64,000 nucleotides of DNA, taken from the NCBI GenBank assembly GCA_051362555.1, contig CM120640.1, forward strand, positions 15,376,001-15,440,000, given 5' to 3'. This stretch comes from Lingula anatina (Eukaryota; Animalia; Brachiopoda). The notes beneath the pieces were generated by a model. It did not search any database and was not told the origin of the DNA. It saw only the letters and a program-made list of their open reading frames with translations. The stretch's first letter is position 1, and each line of letters begins with the position of its first letter. Position numbers and translations under genes: made by a program. This document shows positions 40,801 through 52,432 of the stretch, piece after piece.

Positions 40801-43800
40801 GAATCATTATTTAATTTATTCTGTCGGTGAATAGCTACTCAGCTAATGTTTGTAATTTCATTCTCTCCGACATGAAATAAACGTTATTGTATTGTATTGT
40901 ATTGTTACCCGGTAGATGTGACTTGAAAAAGAACAGTGTTCTCAGAAAAGAAAAGAAAAAAAAACTGATTTTATGTGTTGTGCGTTTTTTTCCACCAAAG
41001 TACACCGCACTGGTGACAGCAATTTTTTCAAGAAAAGTCCCTAAAAATGTTCCTAGACAAAACTCTAGACCAGATAAGAGTGCTATAAAACCTTGCAATA
41101 CATTAGATTTTGAATACAGTAGGCCTACTTTTGTTCTTGTCATTTAATCTATATCCCGTCTGCTATTTTAATTCTATTGGTGTCTCCTTCTCCGGCGTCA
41201 TGACATTGATAAAAAACATTATGCCACGGAAGATGAAAAGATGGTGGATCTCGTCAGGCAAGAATCTTGATCGCATCACGCCCGTCGACATCCGCCCTCG
41301 CGTGTATGTCAGGCCTCGCTGACCTGTGGTTCACATGTGTCTATTACGTTACAGTCAGATTATCTTTACCTACATAATACATAATATTTGGTTGTTATTT
41401 AGAAATATTAATAAACAATTTATATCAAACACCTCCATCAACATCTTCAACGCCTCCTTCAAATACCTAACTGACATCAGTTAAATTCGTCATTAGTTGT
41501 CCTTTTCACTTAGGTGACATTTTAGATGCTAATTCTAAGTTATTTAACCACGAAAACCATGCCATTGTACACGTACCAATTGTACGCATAGAGACAATGA
41601 TTGAGAAATGTCAACTTACCACATTAATTTAAAACCAGTATTTCTTTTGCATTTGTGAGAAAAACTCAAGCCAGCGCTATGGTGACACATTGGCCGCCTA
41701 CTTGTTTTCCCTTCAAATATCACTTTGCAGTCCAAACGTCGTACTCAAGTATACTTGTATCAGTAGACAAAATCTAGGGAATATCAACATACAACTTGAA
41801 TTAAAAATTAACATCTTGCTTATTTTTGCAAGTACCAGGCGGAAGTTACAGCGGTTTTTGTTCTTGGTATTATGAGGCGTATTAAGCCCTAAACGTTATC
41901 CCCCCTAAATCTTTAACCGCAAGAAAAAATACAAAGCTACTATAAACTTATAACTAGGAAAAAAGGGAATACGTGCAACCTAAACCATTCACCCTGGGGT
42001 CACTCGTTCCAATTACGACATTGTCAAGGATTCTTAATATCCATGGTACCTGTCGTGCATAATTAGAATTTGGCGTTGATTTTGCTGTTAAACATTTTGT
42101 AATATTGCAACAAAATTGAGCAAATGACCTATCCTATGCATCATTATTTTCTGCTTTGTCTGTACATTTGGCAGCTTTGCTGCTTTGTTTTACTACAAGT
42201 CACAGATAAAGTATCATATTTAGAAATGCAGTTCAATTCGAGAATCGAAAAAATCAGTTTTATGCACACTCTTTTTGGTATTATACACTGTACGCGTGTT
42301 AAGAGATTGTTCGTCACTGTCCCCAGTCTCTCTAGGAGCGACACACGCTTCGTCTTAGGCCTCTTCAGAATGCCTGTGAACTCTAATTTGACCATCTTGG
42401 CGGTAATGATGAAATTTGACCTCAATAGTGAATATCACATGGTTCCAAAGTTTTGCTCGAAACCACTGATGGTACCCAATTCATTAGAGGAATGGTACTG
42501 ACACACCTAACTACATATTTCTCAATGCACACATCTCATATGATATAAAAGCTCTTAAAAACTAAATTTTTTACACCTAAACATACCTGAAATATTCCAT
42601 GTTAAATGTCAAATCTGCACAACTAGAGGCTGTTAGGAAATGAACCGTTTAAACCATGCCAGGCAAACCACAATGGTATTTAAGTTGAAAATTGACGCAA
42701 TTTTCCGAAAGGCTGTGTTAATAAAATTATGGAATAAAGTCTAATTAAGCAGACTTTTGCGGCAAAAGATTAGGGTTATGGTTTTTTCTTCATCAGCCAC
42801 CAAAAGAACCTTTTTTTTAATGCTTTACTTAGACTCTGAGAAGTGTTTGTTAAATGATTGAAATTATTACTTTAAGTTTAGGTCAGTACCTTCTTGAATC
42901 TTATTCACATGAAACGTACAGTATATAATTAAATTTTAATATTAAATTCCCTTCGTTTGCGGTATCAATGAACCATATTTAAGTCTTCCTTAATCTGGGA
43001 TCTGAGTCAAAACACTTCATCACAAAGCTTTTCATGAACACATGAAACAGCCAAGTCAAGATGTCATCACGCTATGAATCGCAGTAAACTTTTGCCTCTT
43101 TGTGCAGCTATATATATGAATGGGTTCCATACCCAAGAACGTGAGACGTCTCCTAGATCAGAGAATAATGAATCCATGTGCGCAAGTGCCACCAGACAGA
43201 ATGGTTCAAGTTTATCTTGAACTCTTTCGAAGGCTGAACTTCTTAATGGTCATTTGTGCAGCGGCATGGTGTTTGTCTGTTGAACATGAAGAAAAAGAAT
43301 ATTTGGACAATATGAAAAACCAGTCATTATATGTGATGATCCATAGTTTATTTGGATCTAAAACAGGCCAAGAGAATCAGAAGAGATACAGCATTCGGCT
43401 TTATCCTCAGGTGGGTACATCACTAACACCACTCTCCAGTTTTAACTAGAATGTACAGCTCTCGTTCTTTGGAGGTAAAGGAGAGAATTGTTGATTAATC
43501 AATTACCCAATTATTTTAATTTTTCATCACGTATTTTGCAGTCTTTTTTCTCTGTTGCTATGTTTCTCACATTTAGTTTCAAAAAACGTTTTCTAGGTTG
43601 ACCAAAACTCTTTGTCATCTCTTGTTATCAGAAGTATCTGTTTGTGATCTTTTATCTCGATGCTAGTTACAATCTATCTAGCTTTGCTGTTTGAAGACAA
43701 CAGATATATATGTATGTTTAATTATTGTAATCAGTCACACATCTTGATTTTCTTAGAAAACAAAAACAAGGCAGGCAGCACTCGCAGTAAAGGCTTATTA

Positions 43801-44029
43801 GGGCGGCAACGCCAACTGTGAGGCACCCTAATCAATTTGTGAAAAATTGAATTTTAATACTATCCAATTAATACTTTTACTCCATTCAAAACATTATCAA
43901 ATAACCATTGATATTATTTTACGGCAACTGTTGACTATGCGATGTTTTTTTTTTAAAGTGGCTTTACTTTCGTACTCTATGGACCTTTCCGGATAGGAAT
44001 ATTGGTTGCCTTATGACGCGGAAACAGTA

Positions 44030-44061
<32 letters not shown>

Positions 44062-44562
44062 CAAAAAAGATATTCAGATACCTTGTCCTTGAACGTGTGA
44101 ACGTTTAAGTCAAAATGGGGAAGAAGAAAAAAAGAAAAGAAAACCTTGAAGGACACTATGAGTGGCATATACATCACACACATAAATGATGTAATATGGG
44201 AGAGGGATATTTTATCATGATCTTGCATTTACGCTTGTCTACAACAGAGAAAGGACAGAATGCCTGGATCGTTTTCTGGAACAAGATATTTTGCTTCGAT
44301 AAAGACAGTTTCGACAGAGACAACTAATTGCATTATATTTGGACGTGTTACCACCGAGAACTGCTGGCGTGCACATTCTGGACATTCGATCACGTTTGTT
44401 AACTTCTCATTGTCAGTATTTTGACTACCTACTGGATGCTGTCTATTCTAATGATGTCATATTCTACGATAAAAGCCATTTATAGATCAACATTAACGAG
44501 CAGATGACTGAACAAAATGCATTTTGAATGGTGTGCAATCAAAGTTTTGTCTGTCTTTGTGC

Positions 44563-44713
44563 ACGTCTGTAAAGCCTCTCTTCTGGTCCTCAAATCAAGT
44601 TCGGTCCCTTGGTTCTAAACTGTTTACCAGAGGCTCTGTTCTGGTCCTACACCTGTTAATGTCCATCATGACGTGTTCTAACGTGTTCCCCAAACGTGTC
44701 CTTGGCTGACTCT
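44563..44713 (+). repeat. ~150-bp repeat, copy 1 (inverted partner at ~47900-48050)
   Basis: GTAAAGCCTCTCTTCTGG...GTCCTTGGCTGACTCT is nearly identical to the reverse complement of 47900-48050. Both appear in the ORF track as VKPLFW.SNQVRSLGSKLFTRGSVLVLHL. Confidence 0.9.
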
Positions 44714-47700
44714 ATTATGGTCTCCAATATTTGAGGTTTAAAATTTTAAGAGGCTACCAAAAAACGTACGTAAACTGAATGTTGGAAAGAAATGCATTTC
44801 AATTATTTAAATTGTATTATATTTGCTATAATATATTCTCAGATTTTTTAAAGAACACAAAAGTTTTGCTGCGTGACTACCTTTAGGATGCCTATTACTA
44901 CTGAAATGTTTATGGCGTTCCCTGCTTCTTGTTTTCAAGACAGTTACATTCGTGGGTGATTGTGTGCATGTGTGTGTATGTGGGGGGGGTACTCACTCAC
45001 TCACTCGTTCTTTATTCCGTTTCAAGTTAGTATAAGCTCTTATTTTCATATGGACGCGTTTATTCCCGTGAATTTCCTAAATGTCCACTGGACTGTCAAG
45101 AACTATAGTGATTCAGAGCTTATATAGGCACAGTATAATGGATTTTTACTGCATACGTTTTATAAATCTATTAATACTGCAATTTATGTAAAGAGCTCCC
45201 TATGAAGGATAGTCTAGCTACTTTATTCATTTACGCATTTTGTTTCAGAATTTTTTTTTTTTCAATTTTCAGGATTTAGGGTATAGGTATGGTCACTATA
45301 AAAATACCAAAATGTAGGCGTTTTGTGCAAGTAGTAGAAATGGATTATATTATTTTCGAATCAGCGGATCTAAAATTAACGCGCAATATATTCGTATTTA
45401 TAGCCTGTTTGACTGCATTTAAACTGAGACGCAAGTGAAGATAATGTGTGTTTGATTGACGGGGCTGGTTTAGAGATGAGCTGCATACCTTGTTGGTATT
45501 TATACCTAGGCTTTCACAAGCTATATATCCCATATCATTCGGATAATGTTCAAGTGATGTTTTGCTACTGGATGACAACTTACATGTAGCATCCCAATTG
45601 TATTGCTTTAGGAGAGTACAGTGAAGGGAATATCATGAAATCCCAGTGATCTGACCAAAGTAAATTTGAGGGACTAATGGTAGAGGAAAGATCCAGTATA
45701 ACTAAGTAGTATAAGTATGCATACCAATGCAATTTACTGTTACACAACGCCGTTCTCCCTTGGGCAAAATTAAAGGCTAACATCCCCGTTTCAATTTACC
45801 ACTTCAAGGGAAAGATTCAGAACAGCGCCAATACTAATTAGAGCTTTTAAGCAGATTGTTGGAAGATTGTGTTAATTCGTTACATCTAAGCTTTGTCAGG
45901 GATTAATTTTTGGTTGGGGTTATGGTTTATGTTTAGTTTAGTTTAGTTTATTTCACTGTAACATATGCATCCACTTGTGTGGATGAAAATAACAATATGA
46001 ATACAATTTATGTGGCGATTATAATTGGAATGCCTTTGATAATTTTATAACCAAGACTTATGGAATAAAATACTATAATTTTCTATGTTTTATAATTATG
46101 TGTGAGGACTCGCACCAGATACGGGCATTTAATTTTGGTTGGTCCTTACGGGCTTGCATTCGACCGGCGGCAGAGTTGTGAATCAATCTACAGTATATTA
46201 TTTTCAGTTTATATAAAAGTTACCTAAGTCCCGCATAACGCTATCTAAAAAATTGGTCACTTTATGACCTTTTAAAGCACCGCTACAGATGTAGACACTC
46301 CAACCCAATTAAGTTCGATGTGAGAAAACTTTCCAACAAAAAGTGATAATGTGAGCCACATATATTAAGATAAATATCGGAATAAAAATATGACACGTTC
46401 CATTAATTTTCACTGGCTTATGTTATTGTACCCTCTAATAGGGAAAGCCGTCAGCAGTTATTTAAAGTAATGTGAAACATTCATAAAAACGTTATGCAAA
46501 ACGTGAGCGGTTGGGATAAGTTAATTTACGCTCTCATTTTTCATATGAAAAAAAATGAATATTTATTACAAGAGTTCAGGGTGGGAGGGGGGCATAAGGG
46601 CATAGCAACTAAATTATGTTATGAAATAACGATTTGAAATTTAAAAAAAAGTCAAGTTGAACCTTTCTACTGATATACTTTATCATGGTTCGGTTAAGAA
46701 GATATATACCCCCCCTGCCCACACTTATTTCAACCTGTAAGATTGGAAAGTCGGTAGTCTGGCTCGGGCAATAAGATCTTACTATCTCCACATCTGGTTT
46801 CAATCAAGCGCGTTCAGAGCTTCAGAGCTTAGGACAAACATATTGCTCCTTGGGCCAGGAAATCTGGAGAAGGGGAGTAGAGGAACATGTCTTCTCAATA
46901 TGGAAATCTATATATTTTTGGTAATTTCCTTTGTAACATTTACGAACACTGTAAAATACACTTTCTCAAATTAATATAATGTTCAGACATTTCTGTAAAT
47001 ATCCTGAATTGAAATACTAATTTTAAATGTCAGATTTATGACGAGGGAGAGAGAGGTCAAGACATTCTGTAAATGTCCCGAACTAGGGGAGAGTGTTATA
47101 AACTAAACACATCTTGGCAATAACCCGTAGCCAGTTAGACTGCTGAGTGGTTTACTTATTATGATCAACATTATTGTTTATATTTTTATTAATATCAAAC
47201 AATTTTACTGTTTGCAGGTATACCTGTTTGGAACCTGTACTCTGCGCCATATAATAGTAATGGTGCAAAGTAGTGATATTGTAAAATCCTGCAATAAAAT
47301 TTTCTTCAAATATTAAATTTTATTAAATGGTTGAATACAACATTAGTAATAGAACAGTAATAGAATTCAGTATAATGATACTGAATTGTTGTAAAGACAT
47401 ATAGGAAGCAGGGTTACCATATATGCTCGGAATTTTGTCGGAGAGGGAAATTTCTCGAGTTTGTTCACTGTCCTGTGAAGCCATATTTTGTAGCCTGAGA
47501 TGCCGTATCCGTTACTTCGTGACCTGACCTGTCAAAAGCACGTCTGGGCGCTCTTTTCATCTTTCAATTCTTCCACATTAATCAAGATACGGAGTATCAA
47601 TTACAAGTGCCCGGGGAGGGGGGGGGGGAGGAAGAGGGAGCATGAAGGGAATAAATAACTATAGTAGTATATCTATAATATATAACTATAGTAGCGACAC

Positions 47701-47899
47701 AAGGTTACTCTGCAATTTATGTCTTTCCATTTATGCTGTGAAATAATAGTCAGGTAGTCCGTTGATCTCGCGAATCAACCAAATGACCGTTAGTTGAGTT
47801 GCTTAACTGCAAGTAATTAATCCCCTCCCCTCCCCCGAAAGTCATACTGGCAGGTTTCCAAATGAAGACTATACCGCAGAAAAAGTTTGGGGCCCAAAA

Positions 47900-48050
47900 G
47901 AGAGTCAGCCAAGGACACGTTAGGGGAACACGTTAGAACACGTCATGATGGACATTTACAGGTGTAGGACCAGAACAGAGCCTCTGGTAAACAGTTTAGA
48001 ACCAAGGGACCGAACTTGATTTGAAGGCCAGAAGAGAGGCTTTACACACG
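47900..48050 (-). repeat. ~150-bp repeat, copy 2 (inverted)
   Basis: Reverse complement of 44563-44713 with few mismatches. Confidence 0.9.
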
Positions 48051-49519
48051 TCAACGTTCTTGTTATTGGTCTAAAGCTAACGGTACAAGAAAAGCAATGA
48101 TTGAAGCTGTTAAACACGAACAAACCGCTTTTAGTACGAAAAATACACATTTGAAAATGTAAATCAAGCACAAAATTGACAATATATTACGATAAACGAG
48201 GTGGAACAATGACGTCATCGGAGTCAGCCATGCAGAACGCAGCAGAAACTCGAAACTTTTCAAAAAAAGAATAACATATATGAAATAAAAATATAGGATA
48301 TGAAATACATCTATAACTAAGTGTTGGCTCGCATATCCCTGCCTCCACACTGGGACCACTTAACACCAAGTTGATACTTATTATACACTTCAACATTTCA
48401 GATTCCATGTGAAGGACTACGAAAAAGATGCGAGCCTTTTTCTGGTGACTGCAGCGGTATTTGCAATGCTTCCCGTAGCTCGCACAAATCTTGTCTTCCA
48501 ACACGTGCGCTGGGTTTCCGCTGTCTTCAAGTGTGGTGTAGCGGTCTGGGCGTGCCCTGTAACCCGCTGTCTGGATGTGCTGGCAGATGTAACGACGGGG
48601 GAACAAAGGCATGCCGGCGAACTAGCGCAGGTTTCATGTGTGTGCGGTCTTTGGCGTAATAATTTGCTGTTGAACTAAGATACATGTACAGGGGTTCTTA
48701 CTCAAGTATTCTAGTTCTCACGTTGCTCATTTTTCTTCGGAGGCTTTTTATTAAATGCCAAGAGCCTAGCTTCAACTTCTGACTGTAACTAAGACTTCAT
48801 ATGACGTAAGTAGGCTGCATAAGTCTAAGCATATACTTTAGGTTGAAGGTGCGAGAGCCAATTAATAATGTATTGTTACTTATCTCCGCAACGAAGCTAA
48901 GACATACTGAAGCATGGCCAAGGGGACGCTTAAATGATTATTTGAAGTTCAAAACACAAATTTGGCAGATATGATAGCTTTGAAAGCTTTACTTTTGGGG
49001 TGAATAATCTGGACCACCTCCGTCAAGCTGCCCGGAAAGAATTGAAGAGTATCACACAAAACATATCAGTGACCCTTAATGAATACCCCGCCATTAGTTC
49101 CTGTAGTTTGTTACGAAACGTAATAAATGTCTAGTAAATTCTGTAACAAACTACATAGACCCCTGTCGGAGGTAACTTAATGGAAGCATAGCAGCGCCAC
49201 CTACAGGATATAGTTGCAGTGAGCAGTAAAACACACTATTGGACATATGATTTTGAAAACAGCGCAATTTAATGCAAATAGTGTATACATTTGGTGACAT
49301 TTGACGGTTTCTTTTCAATTTTATGAACACTTTTACCTCTATGGAAATCACCGTAGAACATCAGATGGGGGGGGGGGGGGGGGGGTCGGTGCATGTTACA
49401 TACTTGAATAAAAGATATAGATATCTACACCTGTGTTTTGTTTTTCTGTACCGCAAGTCATGGTCTATGAATAAAATAGATTTAAGCGGTTTACAGCTGT
49501 CATGTTATTATTTACAAGA

Positions 49520-49800
49520 AAAACATGTGATTGACATCAGTGGCAATTTCCAAACAGAACTCGTGGTGATTGTGGCATTCATGCACCAATACCCAACTCT
49601 ACGCTTGCTCCAGCAGGACAACGCCCGTCCCAATACTGCCAGGGTACATGTAGCACAGGCGTACCTGCAGCAGGAGCAAATCTAGACTCTTCTTATTTAA
49701 ACCAGAAATGTCTCCCATTGAGCATACCTGGGATGAACTGGGCAGACGACTTCATAAACACCAGCCACAGCCTATCACCGTCATTTAGTTAAGAGCTGCA
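49520..49800 (+). mobile_element. Degenerate Tc1/mariner transposase fragment
   Basis: Translations LLQQDNARPNTARV and, after a frameshift/deletion, PEMSPIEHTWDELGRRL correspond to the second D and the E of the Tc1 DDE domain. Confidence 0.85.
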
Positions 49801-51526
49801 CAGGCGGGATAATGGAGAAGGATGACCGGTAAAACCATAAACCAGAGACATCTAGTATGACTAGTGCATTTTCAATCAATTGCCTTGCGGGCAAGCATGT
49901 CTAAAAATCTACTTGCCCCACTCCAAAATCATTTTTTAAAACGGAGCGGGAGGGTTAAATAATTTTAATAGTGTTTGGGGGGAGGGGGTATTGGACATTG
50001 CAGTCCACAATCCCGGTTATTTGCGGATTTGATAGTAAAGTGCGAAAAAAATTAATAAATGAAAACTGACATAGGTTTTCGTGGGATAAATAATGCTTGC
50101 TCCTGATAAAAGAAAAACAGCAGTTATTGTCTGGGAGTTAAAAACAGTTTAGCTAAAACTAAAATACGGGTAATTAGGACTATGTATCTCCGGGTGTCGC
50201 ACGTGCACGTCGGTGCTGTTACATCATAAAGTGTACATCTGTCTTCTCTAGAAGTAAATTCTTCATGGACAGATATTGCCAATGCTTCACTTTTTACATG
50301 GACGAGCTTCTTTTGGTGACTTTCTGTAATCATCTTAACTTTTCTGACTGATGAAAGTTGCTGTGGAGATTTTAACTCGTCAGTGGCACGTTTACATGTC
50401 AAGATGACTAGGTGCTTTATACACTGTAGGTGTGAAAAGTTCATGGCCACAGACCTAGGCCTACTATTGCGGAGTATGGTATTTTGCATAATACAAAATC
50501 TACACTTGACGTGCCATCGTTAACGTTTATCACGTGATCCAGTAGTGACGATGGTGGTAGACAGAAAAACCGTGACGAATGCTAGATAAAATCGACAACT
50601 GTATAAATCAGATAATTTGGGGGCCAAATTCGAGGCCATCATTTCACTCTACTCTGTCATTACTACGTGAGCAGCGTCAATTTATTTTGGGATTTTAAAT
50701 AATAGAAAATGCATTAACGTCACCAGTTGTCCGTCGGAGGAAAAATAGATCACGGAGACAAACAGGCAGTTATTACGGTTCGTGGCGTCCCCCATGTTGT
50801 TATAGTTACGCAAGACGGCGTACGACGTAACAGTTCTGTCCAACGGGCGGCATTAGCCCTCATAGCCAATTGGTCACTATCTTTATGCTGGTTGAATTGG
50901 GAAGGTGTTGTCTGAAAACTGAAAACCTTTCCTGGGTCAATATGTCACAAATGGGGGGGGGGGGGGGGGGGGGGGTAACAAAATAACATCTTTTGCTTAT
51001 TGAAGGACGGATGGTAGAGTGGCATCACCCTCATCCCCCGCTGTTAACACAACGAACCCGTCTTTCAACATATACTTTTTTATCAACAACCTCTATACCA
51101 TTTGAAGATTTTTATACGTTATTTCGTTTAACTCCTGTAATTAAAGGCACAATTTCTAAAATGAGCGTTTGTTTTAAAATCACAACATTTAGATATTTAA
51201 ATATTAAAAATCTTTAAATATTAAAATTGGTGACCCCTCCCCCAGGAAGATTTTCCAATGACTCTCTCTCTCTCTCTCTCTCTATCTCTTTTTTTTTTTT
51301 TTTTTTTTTTTGATACTTGTCTGCTTGTAAGTCTTGGTGGTCGTTCACATTGACGCACGTATTTTCCAGACAAATACGTAATAAGGACGGACCAGCGATT
51401 TTACCTGTGGCACAGTGTACAATGCTGTCCAACTTCCCGCATCACTCAAGCAACAAATCTGACCAAACACTATCACGTCACACATTCTACGTCACAAATT
51501 ACAATAAGCTGACCCGGTGAAAATAG

Positions 51527-51534
51527 TATAAAAA
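51527..51534 (+). promoter_or_regulatory. TATA box of the LPMO-like gene
   Basis: TATAAAAA starting 72 bp upstream of the ATG at 51599. Confidence 0.55.
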
Positions 51535-51598
51535 GGTGCAAGGAAAATGATTTTGTAGACTTAACGTGAAAAGAAGGAACTAGTAAAAGAGTTACAGC

Positions 51599-52348
51599 AT
51601 GTCTCTACTGTCAAACTGTATTGTATTAGGCTGGTTTTTGGCCACAGTGAATTCTCACTCCTGGTTAACATGTGTAGACTACTTAGAAGAGAACGGACAT
51701 TTTTATAGCCATGATCTATGCAGAGCGTATCCCAGAGGGGCGTATCCGTTTTATGCCCCAAAAGACAGTAAGTTCAATTACATGTTATACTTATCTTTTA
51801 CCTATAAAAAGAAACGAATCTCCCCATTTTAACAGCGAATAGTTTCTCGGCGCCTCTTCTGATTTCTTTGGGTTGGGGCGTTGTTTTTAATAGGTATGTA
51901 TAAAGTGTATAACCGAAGATTATGACTACCTAAAATACTTATCAACGAATGCATATATAATTCTTCCCGCAAAATAATTGGTAGGCTAATTATCACTTTA
52001 TTTTTCCCCAGTTCCTTTTGGCACCGATCGCGGCTTCAATCACCAGCCGACAGAAGCCCAGGCGTGCATCACGGAGAGAAATGATGGCGCGAACTACAAC
52101 TCGGACTACCCCCGGGCTGTCTACTACCCTGGCCAACGAGTGGTCATCGCTCACCCGACCAAGGTAAGTGAAAATTGTCGAACCATATCATTTACGGCTT
52201 AGCCATATTTCCTTGTTCCAATAACAATTTCCTAAAATCCATTATCATTTTTTCTATTACAATTTCTGTCGCCAGAGCGAGGCCAGAGCGCCAGAACATT
52301 GGTTGAAAAGGAAAATCGCTGAAATTTACAACTACCAAGATTTTTTTT

Positions 52349-52432
<84 letters not shown>

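Noticed and set aside
42144-42425. Minus-strand ORF MVKLEFTGILKRPKTKRVSLL with a good start context and a SILK/RVxF-like motif
   Set aside because: The RVxF aromatic residue is missing, and no convincing donor, downstream exons or recognisable homology were found. It cannot be supported without RNA data.
43120-43449. 109-aa ORF containing a CAG|GTGGGT donor-like site
   Set aside because: No recognisable domain and no partner exons found.
48187-48678. Overlapping ORFs in a GC-richer patch
   Set aside because: No frame examined gives a recognisable protein; probably a repeat remnant or regulatory DNA.
50124-50489. 121-aa minus-strand ORF
   Set aside because: No homology recognised and no supportable splice structure.
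38000-51000. Conserved bilaterian microRNAs or snoRNAs in the gene-poor interval
   Set aside because: No mature miRNA or box C/D or H/ACA structure was recognised by eye; an Infernal/Rfam and MirGeneDB search would be needed to exclude them.
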